51,924 nucleotides of DNA from Octopus bimaculoides (GCF_001194135.2 NC_069005.1:9030620-9082543), one strand, 5' to 3'. Counted from the stretch's first letter, positions 35,851 to 49,398 are shown. Made by a program: numbers and translations. The notes: generated by a model not told the origin, from the letters alone.

Positions 35851-35895
<45 letters not shown>

Positions 35896-35990
35896 AATAT
35901 GAATGGTATTGGTGATGGCAATGTTATTGTTGGTGGTGGTGGATATCGAAGTGGTCCTAGTGATAATTATGATAATGGTAATAAATGAAG
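35630..35990. repeat. (GGT)n/(GAT)n/(AGT)n low-complexity tract
   Basis: Seen directly in the sequence. Confidence 0.95.
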
Positions 35991-36067
35991 TTTATCATAA
36001 TGTATTCTATCATTTATGATAATCTGTTTATGTATTTATTTGTTAATTATTTAGTCAGAGATGATGA

Positions 36068-36850
36068 TGAGCTGGTAGAATGGTTACAGCACCAGGCAAA
36101 ATGTTCAGCGGCATTTCGTCTGCCTTTACATCCTGAGTTCAAATTCTGTCAAGCTCAACTTTGCCTTTCATCCTTTCAGGGTCGATAAAGTACGTACCAG
36201 TTCTAATGATAATAATAATAATAATAATGGTTTCAGACTAGGTCGGTAATTTTAAAGAAAAAGGGCTGGCTGATGACATCAGCCCAAATACTAGACTGAT
36301 ATTTTATTTTATTGACCCCTAAGGCATTGAAGGGAAAAGTCGACCTTGGTGGGATTTGAACTCAGAATGTAAACTATATGGAAGAAATTCTACAAAGCGT
36401 TTTGTCTGATGCTCTAACTACTCTGCCCAGTCTACCACCTTCACAGGAAATTGAGAGAATGTAAGAATTTCATATATTTCAAACAGACCCATTTTACTTC
36501 AATCAGTATGTTTAGGGGCAAGGGCAGCAATTTTTGAAGAAAGGGTCCAAGAAAATGCCTTAAACTAGACTGCTACTTTATTTTATTGACCCCCAATCAA
36601 AGGGATAAAAGATAAATTTGACCTTAGTGTGAATGGAATTCAGAGCTGGAAAAAAATTACTGAATTCAAAGTTTGGCACAAGGCCAGCAATTCTGAGTTA
36701 GGGAGTAAGTTGATTACATTGATCCCAGTGTTTCACTGGTACTTGTTTTGTTATATTGACCCCAAAAGGGACGAAGGCAAAATGGTCGCTAATCATTTTG
36801 CCACCTTAAAAAGCTGGAACAAATACTATGAAGCATTAATCCTCACCTTT
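36068..36850. mobile_element. Cluster of four family A SINEs: + 36068-36200; - 36229-36441, about 36500-36660 and about 36660-36850
   Basis: Each carries the family A central domain, or the reverse complement TTGACCCC.AAAG..TGAA..GCAAA. Confidence 0.7.
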
Positions 36851-37664
36851 AACGATTCCTAAAAACACAAGAAAAATAAATAAAAAATTCAGTGCAGTTA
36901 ATAGAGCAGAGGTTTGTGTTTTGACAAGAGGAAGTTTTAAAAAATATCCAGAAAAATCTTTTAAAGCCATCATCATCATCAGGTGTTTGTAATAACAAAT
37001 GTCGTTTTCTCTTCCGAGAGAGATTATGAGAAGGTAATGAGTGAATATCCATGGCAGATTTAATTAATTGACAACAAATTTATGAAGAAGCAGACACATT
37101 TAAAATAAATAAATAAAGAAAGAAACGAGTGAATTACTGATGTCTGTTTATGAAAATCTATGCAACCATGCAATTCGGTGCAGAAGATGAAAGAAGAAAA
37201 AAGAAATAAGAGATGACAAAGACAACAACAACAACAAAAAGAAGAAGCATACAGGATAAAAGTGCAATGGAAATTAAAATTTAAAAAAAAATTATAAAAA
37301 ATATTTGAGTTGGAAGTGTAAAAAATAAAATGGAATAAATAAATAGAAATTAAGGCAGAGCGAAAAAAAACTATTTAAAACAATATAAAAAGTTCAATAA
37401 AAACGTAGATTTTTTTTTTTTTTTTCGAAAATGATTTTAAAATACATAAATATTTTTTAAAAAATGATGAAAATATTTTTTCAAAAAAAAAAAAAGAAAG
37501 AATATGTAATGGAAGATGAAAAAATGGAAAGGTATAAATATTTTAGGCACATAGGGAACTGTGTATAAATAAAATTTAAGACCAAAGATCTGAGGAAAAA
37601 TACCGATTAACCCTGAAACTTTCAATACAAGACAAAATATTGATTATCTCATTCAATCATTGGA

Positions 37665-37695
<31 letters not shown>

Positions 37696-38127
37696 CCCAT
37701 ACACACACATGCACACACACGTTCACATGTACTACAATAACAAGACAGAAGCAAGTTATCCACAGACATTATCCCCCTGTCTTAAAGGTGTTTATTGTTA
37801 GTCATCATCGTCAGCATTGTCACATCACTGTGATTGTCATCATGGTCATGATCATTATCATCATCATCATCATCATTACATCATTGTACTCATCATCACT
37901 ATCATTGTCATCATCAGCTTCATGATCCACACATGGTCATCATAATTTTGCAATTTTCCTCCTCCACCTCCTCCTCCTCCTCCTCCTCCTCCTCNNNNNN
38001 NNNNNNNNNNNNNNNNNNNNNNNNNNNNNNNNNNNNNNNNNNNNNNNNNNNNNNNNNNNNNNNNNNNNNNNNNNNNNNNNNNNNNNNNNNNNNNNNNNNN
38101 NNNNNNNNNNNNNNNNNNNNNNNNNNN

Positions 38128-38367
38128 CTAACAAATCCATATTTATCAACTTTTTCTTTCATGAAGATGTGATGATCTCCTGGCACTGCTACGTCGATTA
38201 TTAGGTACCCTTGTTTGTCCCTCCTAAAGGTCACTATATCCGGCCTTCGGTGCTCTAACACTTTGTCCATCTGGAAATCAAAGTCCCAGAAGATTTTTGC
38301 CTTCCCTTTTTTGTCCATTCCCTTTTCCAGTATATGTTGGTACCCAGCACCTGTAACCTCATATCCA

Positions 38368-38371
<4 letters not shown>
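38128..38371 (-). pseudogene. Restriction-like endonuclease (RLE) fragment of an R4/Dong-like non-LTR retrotransposon
   Basis: Translation YGYEVTGAGYQHILEKGMDKKGKAKIFWDFDFQMDKVLEHRRPDIVTFRRDKQGYLIIDVAVPGDHHIFMKEKVDKY has the W-D-F, HRRPD, IIDVAVP and (E)K..KY motifs of the PD-(D/E)xK RLE domain. Confidence 0.9.
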
Positions 38372-38401
<30 letters not shown>

Positions 38402-38420
38402 TATATGTATCACAGTAGCT

Positions 38421-38826
38421 ATTAGACTGTGGCCATGCTGGAGCACTGCTTCGAGGAATTTTTAGTTGAAGGAATTGACTCCAGTACCTGTTCTTTTTAA
38501 GCCTGGTATTCATTCCATCAGTCTTTTACTGAACTGCTAAGTCACGGGGTTGTAAACAAACCAATACTGGTTGTCAAGCGGTGGGTGGGGGGAACAAACA
38601 CACAGACACCCATACGATGGNNNNNNNNNNGGGTGGGGGGAACAAACACACAGACACCCATACGATGGGCTTCTTTCAATTTCTGCCTAACAAATCCTCT
38701 CATAAGGCTGTCATCAGCCCGAGGCTATAATAGAAGACACGTGCCCAAGGTGCCACTTAGAGGGACTGAACCCAGAACCATGTAGTTGGGAAGCAAGCCT
38801 CTTAATTACACAGCCACACCTGTGCC
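38421..38826 (-). mobile_element. SINE family B, near full length
   Basis: Head and tail are present; it contains a 10-N gap with duplicated flanks. Confidence 0.85.
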
Positions 38827-39224
38827 TATATATATATGTGTGTGTGTGTGTGTAATACAAAAGTCAAAATATGATATTTATAATGTCATAAGTTATAAAA
38901 TACATCATATTCTGTATGAATACGGAGAAACCAATCAGAGATACCCAATTCAAGACAGCTTTATTCACACACACATATGTGTATATAAATGTATATATAT
39001 AAATGTGTGTGTGCCTTTGTATGTGTCTGTATGTCTTTGTGTGTGTGTGTGTGTGTGTGTGTAATTGTCTCTGTTCTTTATTAATTCTGGTCCTTATCAT
39101 TAACCCTTATCGTTATTATATTTTTTCCCCCCTAATTCATTATACCTAAAACTTCATTTAACAAAGGACATTATTAACAAAGACATGCAAAAATATAAAG
39201 AAAAATCATATAGAAATGTATGCT

Positions 39225-39258
<34 letters not shown>

Positions 39259-39672
39259 TGTGCATATGTGTTTGTGTGTGTATACACACGTGTGCATGTA
39301 TGTGTGTGTGTGTGTGTGTGAACCCTCCACTAATGATATTAAACTTTGAAAACTATACCCATTTAGAATGAGCGGTATATATAAAAATATATGGGTATAT
39401 AGACTCATGTGCACAAATACACATATTCATATACACTTGTATATTTATGTGTGTGTGTGTATATATGTATATGTAGGTACACATGTATTTATATATATGT
39501 ATGTGTGTGTGTGTGTGTGTGTATGCAGATATATATATAAGTATATATATTTTGTATGTATTTGTATGCATTTATATACATATATATATGTTGCATATGA
39601 GTATATTTTATCTCTCTCTGTCTCTCTCTCTCTCTCAATATATATATATATATAAGATATATAGAAAGATTA

Positions 39673-39703
<31 letters not shown>

Positions 39704-40611
39704 ATGTATATATGTGTANNNNNNNNNNNNNNNNNNNNNNNNNNNNNNNNNNNNNNNNNNNNNNNNNNNNNNNNNNNNNNNNNNNNNNNNNNNNNNNNNN
39801 NNNNNNNNNNNNNNNNNNNNNNNNNNNNNNNNNNNNNNNNNNNNNNNNNNNNNNNNNNNNNNNNNNNNNNNNNNNNNNNNNNNNNNNNNNNNNNNNNNNN
39901 NNNNNNNNNNNNNNNNNNNNNNNNNNNNNNNNNNNNNNNNNNNNNNNNNNNNNNNNNNNNNNNNNNNNNNNNNNNNNNNNNNNNNNNNNNNNNNNNNNNN
40001 NNNNNNNNNNNNNNNNNNNNNNNNNNNNNNNNNNNNNNNNNNNNNNNNNNNNNNNNNNNNNNNNNNNNNNNNNNNNNNNNNNNNNNNNNNNNNNNNNNNN
40101 NNNNNNNNNNNNNNNNNNNNNNNNNNNNNNNNNNNNNNNNNNNNNNNNNNNNNNNNNNNNNNNNNNNNNNNNNNNNNNNNNNNNNNNNNNNNNNNNNNNN
40201 NNNNNNNNNNNNNNNNNNNNNNNNNNNNNNNNNNNNNNNNNNNNNNNNNNNNNNNNNNNNNNNNNNNNNNNNNNNNNNNNNNNNNNNNNNNNNNNNNNNN
40301 NNNNNNNNNNNNNNNNNNNNNNNNNNNNNNNNNNNNNNNNNNNNNNNNNNNNNNNNNNNNNNNNNNNNNNNNNNNNNNNNNNNNNNNNNNNNNNNNNNNN
40401 NNNNNNNNNNNNNNNNNNNNNNNNNNNNNNNNNNNNNNNNNNNNNNNNNNNNNNNNNNNNNNNNNNNNNNNNNNNNNNNNNNNNNNNNNNNNNNNNNNNN
40501 NNNNNNNNNNNNNNNNNNNNNNNNNNNNNNNNNNNNNNNNNNNNNNNNNNNNNNNNNNNNNNNNNNNNNNNNNNNNNNNNNNNNNNNNNNNNNNNNNNNN
40601 NNNNNNNNNNN

Positions 40612-40649
<38 letters not shown>

Positions 40650-41542
40650 TATGTATGTGTATATATATATATATATGTGTGTATGTGTGTGTGTGTGTGC
40701 GTGTGTGTATGTGTGTATATATCTATGTATGTGTGTATGTATGTTGCAGAGGAAGAGGTACAGATATATAGACACACATGTAATTATTCCACATATATAT
40801 TTTTTTATATATATATATTTGGTGTTTCTATATGTAATCAATGTCAATATATAAGTGATTTTCTGTAAATACATATAAATATATTTCTCTTTATGTGCTT
40901 CTGTCTGCATGTGTGCATGCATGTGTGTGTTGCATAAAGGCAACACACATCTACATACAACTGTAGGGATACGCATATGCATAGACCATCATAAGCACAG
41001 AGAACTGATAATGAAATATACATATTTATAGAGATTGCTCTGCAATGCACATATATATATATATAAATATATATATATCCCGATTGCTGCTATTAGTTTG
41101 TATATACACTCACATAGATATTTACTACATACATGAACATATACTAGAACACACATTCATGCTTAAATATATATATACAATTTCTGTTATACATGCACAG
41201 ATATGATTGTGCATATATATTAATGCATACATCTATTGGACTTACACCAATGTGAAACTAATATCAACGTTCAGTCTATAAATGCACACTAGAATGTGTA
41301 TGCATATGTGCATATATATGTATGTATATATGTATATATACATGTATATATAAATATATTGGCATATATATATGTATATGTAAGTATATATATGTATATG
41401 TGTATATATATTTAAGTTTATATGTGTATGTGCATATATATATGTAAGTGTATATATATGTATATGTAGGTGTGTGTATATATATATATATATGTATGTA
41501 AGTATGTATATATCTATATGCACATATATGTGTACATATGAG

Positions 41543-41655
<113 letters not shown>

Positions 41656-42390
41656 GTCAGCTTATATGTGAATGTTCATATATATGTGAGTATGAGCATA
41701 TATATGTATATATATACGTATTTTCACATACATATCTATACACACACACACACACACACATGTACATATTTTTATATGGCTATACACTATACATTCATTG
41801 ACTGGTTTACACATACATGTATTTTCATGCATCTGTGTGCATGTCTGTGTGTGTCTATGTGTGTGTATGTGCATATGTGTATGTTCATCTGTGAGTGTGC
41901 TTACAGAGTCGTGACGCAAGCATAAAGGTACACACACATGTATGTACAGATGCACTTATATACACATTCACAAAAATTAATATCGAGAAATGGCTATTTG
42001 GAATGAAGTTGGAAGGTGTGAATAGAATTTTGGTAAATGCGGAAGGTTAATCAACCACAAAACTGATTAACACTTTTTGAGGTGTGAGTTCAGTTCTGAG
42101 TCAAGGAATGATTGATTTCATATGGTCTTTATATCAGGATACAGCAGTAACTATGTGCACATGTGTTTGTGTGTGTGTGTATATTTATATATGCATATAT
42201 GTATATATGCATATGTATTTATATTAATGTTTGTTTTTATGTTCAGTTATGATAAAAACAATTTTACATTAATCTGAGGGGTTACTTTATACTTTTGTAG
42301 AGTACAAGTTTATTCTTAAACAAGAATGTTGTCGACAGTGACTTCGAAGTTTTGGCCAGTTAAGCCATTGTCAGACTGCTCTATATATAC

Positions 42391-42757
42391 TTTACTTACT
42401 TTTTACTTTTACTTGTTTCAGCCATTTGACTAGAGCCATGCTCGAGCACCGCCTTTTAGTCAAGCAAATCGACCCCAGGACTTATTCTTTGTAAGCCTAG
42501 TACTTATTCTATCAGCCTCTTTGGCCGAACTGTTAAGTTGCGGGAACGTAAACACACCAGCATCGGTTGTCAAGCGATGTTGTGGGGACAAACACAGACA
42601 CACAAACACATATATATATACATATACATATATACGACGAGCTTCTTTCAGTTTCCATCTACCAAATCCACTCACAAGGCTTTGGTTGGCCTGAGGCTAT
42701 AGTAGAAGACACTTGCCCAAGGTGCCACGCAGTGGGACTGAATCTGGAACCATGTGG
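42391..42757 (-). mobile_element. SINE family B, slightly 5'-truncated
   Basis: High similarity to the other B copies. Confidence 0.9.
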
Positions 42758-42791
42758 ATGCAAACAAGAAAATAAAACTCAAAATATGACT

Positions 42792-42825
<34 letters not shown>

Positions 42826-43264
42826 NNNNNNNNNNNNNNNNNNNNNNNNNNNNNNNNNNNNNNNNNNNNNNNNNNNNNNNNNNNNNNNNNNNNNNNNNNN
42901 NNNNNNNNNNNNNNNNNNNNNNNNNNNNNNNNNNNNNNNNNNNNNNNNNNNNNNNNNNNNNNNNNNNNNNNNNNNNNNNNNNNNNNNNNNNNNNNNNNNN
43001 NNNNNNNNNNNNNNNNNNNNNNNNNNNNNNNNNNNNNNNNNNNNNNNNNNNNNNNNNNNNNNNNNNNNNNNNNNNNNNNNNNNNNNNNNNNNNNNNNNNN
43101 NNNNNNNNNNNNNNNNNNNNNNNNNNNNNNNNNNNNNNNNNNNNNNNNNNNAACTTCTGCCAATTATTAATACAAAAAACAAAAACAAGTGAGCATGTAG
43201 ATGCAAAACAAGGTGGGAAAAATAGTACTCGACTACCAAAGGCAGAGTAAAATATTATCAAATA

Positions 43265-43535
43265 TGAATGGCAAAGTCAAGCTCAGTGGAATTTGAATTC
43301 GGAACTTGAAGATGGCCAAAATACTGCTATATGCACAAGGCCTGAAATTTTGAAGGAAGAGGCTAGTTGATTACATCAACTCCAGTGCTCAGTTGGTACT
43401 TGTGTCATTGACCCTGAAAGGATGAATGGCAAAGTCAACCTTGGTGGAATGTGAACCCAGGTCATAAAGGTAACTGAAATGCTACCAGGCATTTTGTTTG
43501 GCACCGTAACGATTTTACTTACTCACCACCTTTCT
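43265..43535 (-). mobile_element. Two family A SINE fragments
   Basis: GGCAAAGTCAAGCTCAGTGGAATTTGAA and TTGACCCTGAAAGGATGAATGGCAAAGTCAACCTTGG on the + strand. Confidence 0.75.
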
Positions 43536-43575
43536 GAGAATGTAATACTAAATCTACTTATAATAATAATGGTAT

Positions 43576-43998
43576 GAAGAATCTTTTAGGGAGACATTTA
43601 TCTCCTCTCCCCTTCCAACTAACTTTAAATCCATTAACAAAGCTGTTAATTAAAATCACCCGGTGATTATAAGTGCTACAGACCAATAATGAACCATTTT
43701 ATCTAAATGGGATGAGTTAGAAATGTTTACACGGAGACCACATCTCAGGAGGAAATCTTAGTGAAAACTGTTCATAAATTCAGTCAAAACACAACGATCT
43801 GTATGGGATTAGAGAAATTGGCTGCAAATAATATTAAATGATGGAGCAAATTAGCTAAGACAGAAAATATTTAATTAGACATAGACACCAGAATCAAAGA
43901 ATTCAATCAGAACCAACTATACAAGTATTTAGCACTGGAGATGAAAGTGATAAAACGAAGGAGAAAAATTAGAAAAGAGCAACTACAGAAGAGCCAAA
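43576..43998 (+). pseudogene. Degraded reverse transcriptase fragment of an R4/Dong-like non-LTR retrotransposon
   Basis: Manual frameshifted translation: RIF*GD / LSPLPFQLTLNPLTKLLIKIT (the IFQGDSLSP..LALNPL motif), NHF..MDELEMF (degraded YMDD), VKTVHKFSQ..MGLEK, and TENI*LDIDTRIKEFNQNQLYKYL..KIRKE (YKYLG motif). Confidence 0.82.
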
Positions 43999-44046
43999 TT
44001 AATATATATATATATATATATATACAAACAAGCATATACATACATA

Positions 44047-44085
<39 letters not shown>

Positions 44086-44614
44086 TTACACTATACACTC
44101 ACACACATCCATGTTTGTGTATTTGACTGTATAAATTTCAATCATTTGTTGCACTTATCTAATTTATATATACATATAACTATATAGACACATACATATA
44201 TATATATGTATNNNNNNNNNNNNNNNNNNNNNNNNNNNNNNNNNNNNNNNNNNNNNNNNNNNNNNNNNNNNNNNNNNNNNNNNNNNNNNNNNNNNNNNNN
44301 NNNNNNNNNNNNNNNNNNNNNNNNNNNNNNNNNNNNNNNNNNNNNNNNNNNNNNNNNNNNNNNNNNNNNNNNNNNNNNNNNNNNNNNNNNNNNNNNNNNN
44401 NNNNNNNNNNNNNNNNNNNNNNNNNNNNNNNNNNNNNNNNNNNNNNNNNNNNNNNNNNNNNNNNNNNNNNNNNNNNNNNNNNNNNNNNNNNNNNNNNNNN
44501 NNNNNNNNNNNNNNNNNNNNNNNNNNNNNNNNNNNNNNNNNNNNNNNNNNNNNNNNNNNNNNNNNNNNNNNNNNNNNNNNNNNNNNNNNNNNNNNNNNNT
44601 TAAGTATAATACTT

Positions 44615-44929
44615 ATTTTATCAGTTATTTTTGCCAAGCTGCTAAGTTACAAGCATGTAAACACATCAACACCAGTTATCAAGTGGTGGTGGGAGACAAA
44701 CACAAACACACACATACATCCATATAAATACACACACACACACACACCTATATATATATATATATATATACGAAGGGCTTCTTTCAGTTTCCGTCTACCA
44801 AATCCACTCACAAGACTTTGTTTGTCCCAGGGCTATAGTTGAAGACATTTGCCCAAGGTGTTACACTGTTGGACTGAACCCAGAACCACATGGTTGGAAG
44901 CAAACTTCTAACCACATGGCCACTCCTGC
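44615..44929 (-). mobile_element. SINE family B
   Basis: Head and internal microsatellite are present; the tail is truncated or in the gap. Confidence 0.85.
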
Positions 44930-45111
44930 TCGTACACGTGTGTGTGTGTGTACATAGATTTCAAATAGTGACAATGAGTGCTCAACACTGCATTGGTGGA
45001 TAAAATGTTTTTATTTGTGTATTAAGGCTACCATTGGTTTCATGTTAAAAAGAATATCTTAATACCTTAACAATTTTTCAAGCTGATCACATGGAGGAAT
45101 GGTGTTTGTCT

Positions 45112-45146
<35 letters not shown>

Positions 45147-45432
45147 CAGGTGTGACTGTGTGTGGTGGAGAAGCTTGCTTCCCAACAATGTGGCCTTGAG
45201 TTCAGTCCCACTGTATTACATTTATCATCATTCTGATACTCACACCTCCATTAACAGTCTTCATTTACCTCCACTCACACTCCACTATTGTCACAGCTTT
45301 ACTTGCATAAGTCATTTCTTTCCAGCCTTTCTCAGTTTCAGCAAAGCCACTATTTTCTCTTTTGAGAATGACAGAGAGAGGGAATGTGACAAATTATACT
45401 TGACATTTCATATGCTTCTATACTTGGCACTT

Positions 45433-45483
<51 letters not shown>

Positions 45484-45639
45484 ATATACACTCATACTTG
45501 CACACACTCACAAACACATGANNNNNNNNNNNNNNNNNNNNNNNNNNNNNNNNNNNNNNNNNNNNNNNNNNNNNNNNNNNNNNNNNNNNNNNNNNNNNNN
45601 NNNNNNNNNNNNNNNNNNNNNNNNNNNNNNNNNNNNNNN

Positions 45640-45671
<32 letters not shown>

Positions 45672-45721
45672 CGTGTGTGCATATACATATACTAATATGT
45701 ATATAAATGCCTGAAAATGTA

Positions 45722-45762
<41 letters not shown>

Positions 45763-45885
45763 TCACGGCATCAGAAATGGTTATTCAATGCACGCCCATT
45801 TTTCACTAACTTTGTTACCAGTCCTTCAAACGTGTTAGAATCATGTTTCCCCAACACCTACACACGAGTTTCTTACATACACACG

Positions 45886-45917
<32 letters not shown>

Positions 45918-46380
45918 CACGCACACACACACATGCACACACACACACACACACACANNNNNNNNNNACACGCACACACACACGCACACACACACATGCA
46001 CACACACACACACACACACACACAGAAATACAAAGAGTCTAGGCTTTGAAATCGAAATCTACCAACACGTTAAAACACACACAATGATTGTGTGTCACCG
46101 TAATGTCATTGCTACAATGTCACAACACACTGTCATATTGTCATCCTCGTGCATTGATCGCTTCTCACTGATGCTTCACTATATCTACACACACACACAG
46201 CCACAGAAACACAGCATTCACATCCACGGCATTGCATTCATGGCATTGCTTCCTCAAACCCAAACCTACACCGAACCGACCTGCACCGGACCGACCGATT
46301 TCCAACTGTGCAGACGGAATAATATTCCAAAACAAGTGGTTCATCTGGTATTTCAAATTACACATGCATTCTTTTGACAG

Positions 46381-46532
46381 CATTCAGGAGTTTTGTCAAG
46401 TTCACGTTCTTTGGAATTATGGCTTAGAGCCAGTCTCGGTGCTGACAAAAGCCATCTAATTGTACGCATTTATCTTCCTAATCTGAAAATGGTATTTCAG
46501 AAAACTTTTCAGGAATATTGGTCCAACAGCAG
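46381..46532 (+). CDS. Candidate coding exon of an unidentified gene
   Basis: Acceptor TTCTTTTGACAG at 46380 and donor AG|GTGACT at 46533. The 152-nt open frame HSGVLSSSRSLELWLRASLGADKSHLIVRIYLPNLKMVFQKTFQEYWSNS(R) lies in non-repetitive sequence. No family recognised. Confidence 0.3.
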
Positions 46533-46692
46533 GTGACTGGAGGAGATTGTCAATGGCGTGCTATTGTATTGTGTTTATATCTATGTGTATATATGCATAT
46601 GGGTCCGTGTGGCTGTGTGTCTGTGTGCACATGTGCATTTGTATATATGTGTGAGCATCATTTATAAGCATGTGTTTGTGTATATATATGTA

Positions 46693-46738
<46 letters not shown>

Positions 46739-46881
46739 TAGACTCACACACACATGCACATACAGTTGTTAGTATACATATATACAAACATCCATATACA
46801 CACACACACCTGTTTATATGCTCTCACACACAATACATGCATACAAAAGTGTGTGCATGTATATATATATAAATGCATGCT

Positions 46882-46930
<49 letters not shown>

Positions 46931-47733
46931 NNNNNNNNNNNNNNNNNNNNNNNNNNNNNNNNNNNNNNNNNNNNNNNNNNNNNNNNNNNNNNNNNNNNNN
47001 NNNNNNNNNNNNNNNNNNNNNNNNNNNNNNNNNNNNNNNNNNNNNNNNNNNNNNNNNNNNNNNNNNNNNNNNNNNNNNNNNNNNNNNNNNNNNNNNNNNN
47101 NNNNNNNNNNNNNNNNNNNNNNNNNNNNNNNNNNNNNNNNNNNNNNNNNNNNNNNNNNNNNNNNNNNNNNNNNNNNNNNNNNNNNNNNNNNNNNNACATA
47201 TACGTGAACTAGCTTTATATACATATGCATATACATCAACTCCCATTTACACTTGTGTGTGTGTACATAGATGTTACTTTCATTCATTTATTCCTTCATT
47301 TACTCTTTCATTCAGAATATTTCCTTCACCTCCCCACCCCTCCTAACCCTTCGCGCACATACAGCCTCCACCCCCACCCCACCTATACCAAAGGCCACCC
47401 CATCTCCCACCCCACCGCTACACATCTCACAGATCTTGTACAGGTATTAATGGTTCTGCCAAAATTGACTTCTTTCTTCCCCACTTCCTCAATTCCTCTC
47501 TCTCTCTCTCCCTCTCTCTGTCTCACCAGGTGCATGTATATATGTGATGTATGTATAATAGATTGTTGCATATTTCGTGTGTGTGTGTGTGTGTACTTGC
47601 TGTCTGTATTCGTTCATTACCCATATTTCACTCCCTTCCCCCAGCCCGACACCCCCTTTTCCACACACCTCACATCTTTCAAGGAACTTGTTCAGGTATT
47701 AATGGATCTGTCAAAACTGACTTCTCTCCCTCT

Positions 47734-47770
<37 letters not shown>

Positions 47771-47996
47771 CCCTCCCCCCTCTCTCTTTCTCTATCTCTT
47801 TCTCTCTCTTTCTCTACAGGTGTCAAAACACACTGCATTCCTCTTATGTTTTTGAGTGATGCAGACTTTCGTAGATAGACCGATAGATATATCGGAAGCG
47901 GGATAGCTAGCTAACAAGCCAGATTAAATAGAGGGAAGATCAGATAGCTAGACAAACAGACAGACAGAGAGGCAAGATGAAGGGATGGACAGATAG

Positions 47997-48224
47997 AAGG
48001 CAGCAAGCTGGCCGAATCGTTAGCACGCCGGGCGAAATGGTTAGCGGTATTTTGTCTGCCATTATGTTCTGAGTTCAAATTCCGCTGAGGTCAACTTTGC
48101 CTTTCATCCTTTCGGGGTTGATAAATTAAGTACCAGTTATGCACTGGGGTCGATATAATCGACTTAATCTCTTTGTCTGTCCTTGTTTGTCCCCTCTGCA
48201 TAGCCCCTTGTGGGCAATAAAGAA
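47997..48224 (+). mobile_element. SINE family A, near full length
   Basis: Very similar to 333-569, including the 3' end GCCCCTTGTGGGCAATAAAGAA. Confidence 0.92.
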
Positions 48225-48485
48225 CTGATAGATAGATAGAAAGATAGATAGATAGAAAGATAGATAGATAGATGGATGGATGAATGGGTAGATAGATAGA
48301 TAGATAGATAGATAAATAGNNNNNNNNNNNNNNNNNNNNNNNNNNNNNNNNNNNNNNNNNNNNNNNNNNNNNNNNNNNNNNNNNNNNNNNNNNNNNNNNN
48401 NNNNNNNNNNNNNNNNNNNNNNNNNNNNNNNNNNNNNNNNNNNNNNNNNNNNNNNNNNNNNNNNNNNNNNNNNNNNNNNNNNNNN

Positions 48486-48519
<34 letters not shown>

Positions 48520-48543
48520 GAAACTATTATTTTTTCATGTGAT

Positions 48544-48997
48544 AAGGCGGCACGCTGGAAGAATTGTTAGCATGCCGAACAAAATGCTTAGTGGCATTTT
48601 GTCCATTTTTATGTTCTGAGTTCAAATTCTGCCAAGGTTGACTTTACCTGTCATCCTTTCATGTTTAATAAAACAGGATCCAGTTGAGCACTGGGGTCAA
48701 TTTAATTGAGTTAGCCCCCCCTCCTCCCTTGAAATTGCTGGCTTTGTGCCAAGTTTGAAACCAATATTTTTCCATGTGCTAAGGTGGCAAGCTGGTAGAA
48801 TTCTTAGCATGCCGGACAAAATGCTTAACAGCATTTCGTCCATTTTTATGTTCCGAGTTCAAATTCTGCTGAGGTCGACTTTGCCTGTCGTCCTTTCAGG
48901 GTTAATAAAACAAGATCTAGTTGAGCGCTGGGGTCGATGTAATTGACTTAACCACTCACCTGAACTTGCAGGCATGTGTCAGAACTTTCAGCCAATA
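48544..48997 (+). mobile_element. Two head-to-tail family A SINEs (48544-48765 and 48781-48997)
   Basis: Both have the head and central domain, and similar flanks precede each. Confidence 0.85.
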
Positions 48998-49349
48998 TTT
49001 TTTTCTCTGTGCTCAGTGCCATATAATCCCATCATAACCTAATTCTAGCCGACTCTAAAACTCTCATTTGATGCTGCAGTGACACCTTGTGTCTGTTTTT
49101 TTAATTCCGATTTATATTAGATTTTTTTCCCCCCTTTCTTCCTTGTCTACATGAAACAAAAGCAGATATTTTTTTTTCTTCATCTTTCGATTCCCCTCCA
49201 CCACCACCACCACTCACAATCCTAACACGAGAATCATTGTAATTATCACCAAAAGTTATTTCATACCTCAATCTTTGATCCTAAGATCTTTTCTTATAAT
49301 TGTCTTCAATATTATTACTTCTCACTCTGATAGTCTACAATTCCTATTG

Positions 49350-49398
<49 letters not shown>

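Noticed and set aside
21619-35988. Poly-D/H/T/V/G ORFs (21619-21897, 24118-25292, 30744-31374, 35529-35988) that look like mucin or His-rich proteins
   Set aside because: They are trinucleotide low-complexity tracts open in several frames on both strands, with no splice or domain support.
37020-37040. 15-nt microexon candidate RDYEK with donor AAG|GTAATG
   Set aside because: It would need a rare GAG acceptor and has no other support.
38581-38668. Direct repeat of about 40 bp either side of a 10-N gap
   Set aside because: Typical unmerged contig overlap (assembly artefact).
45890-46025. Duplicated (CA)-rich block either side of a 10-N gap
   Set aside because: Same negative-gap artefact.
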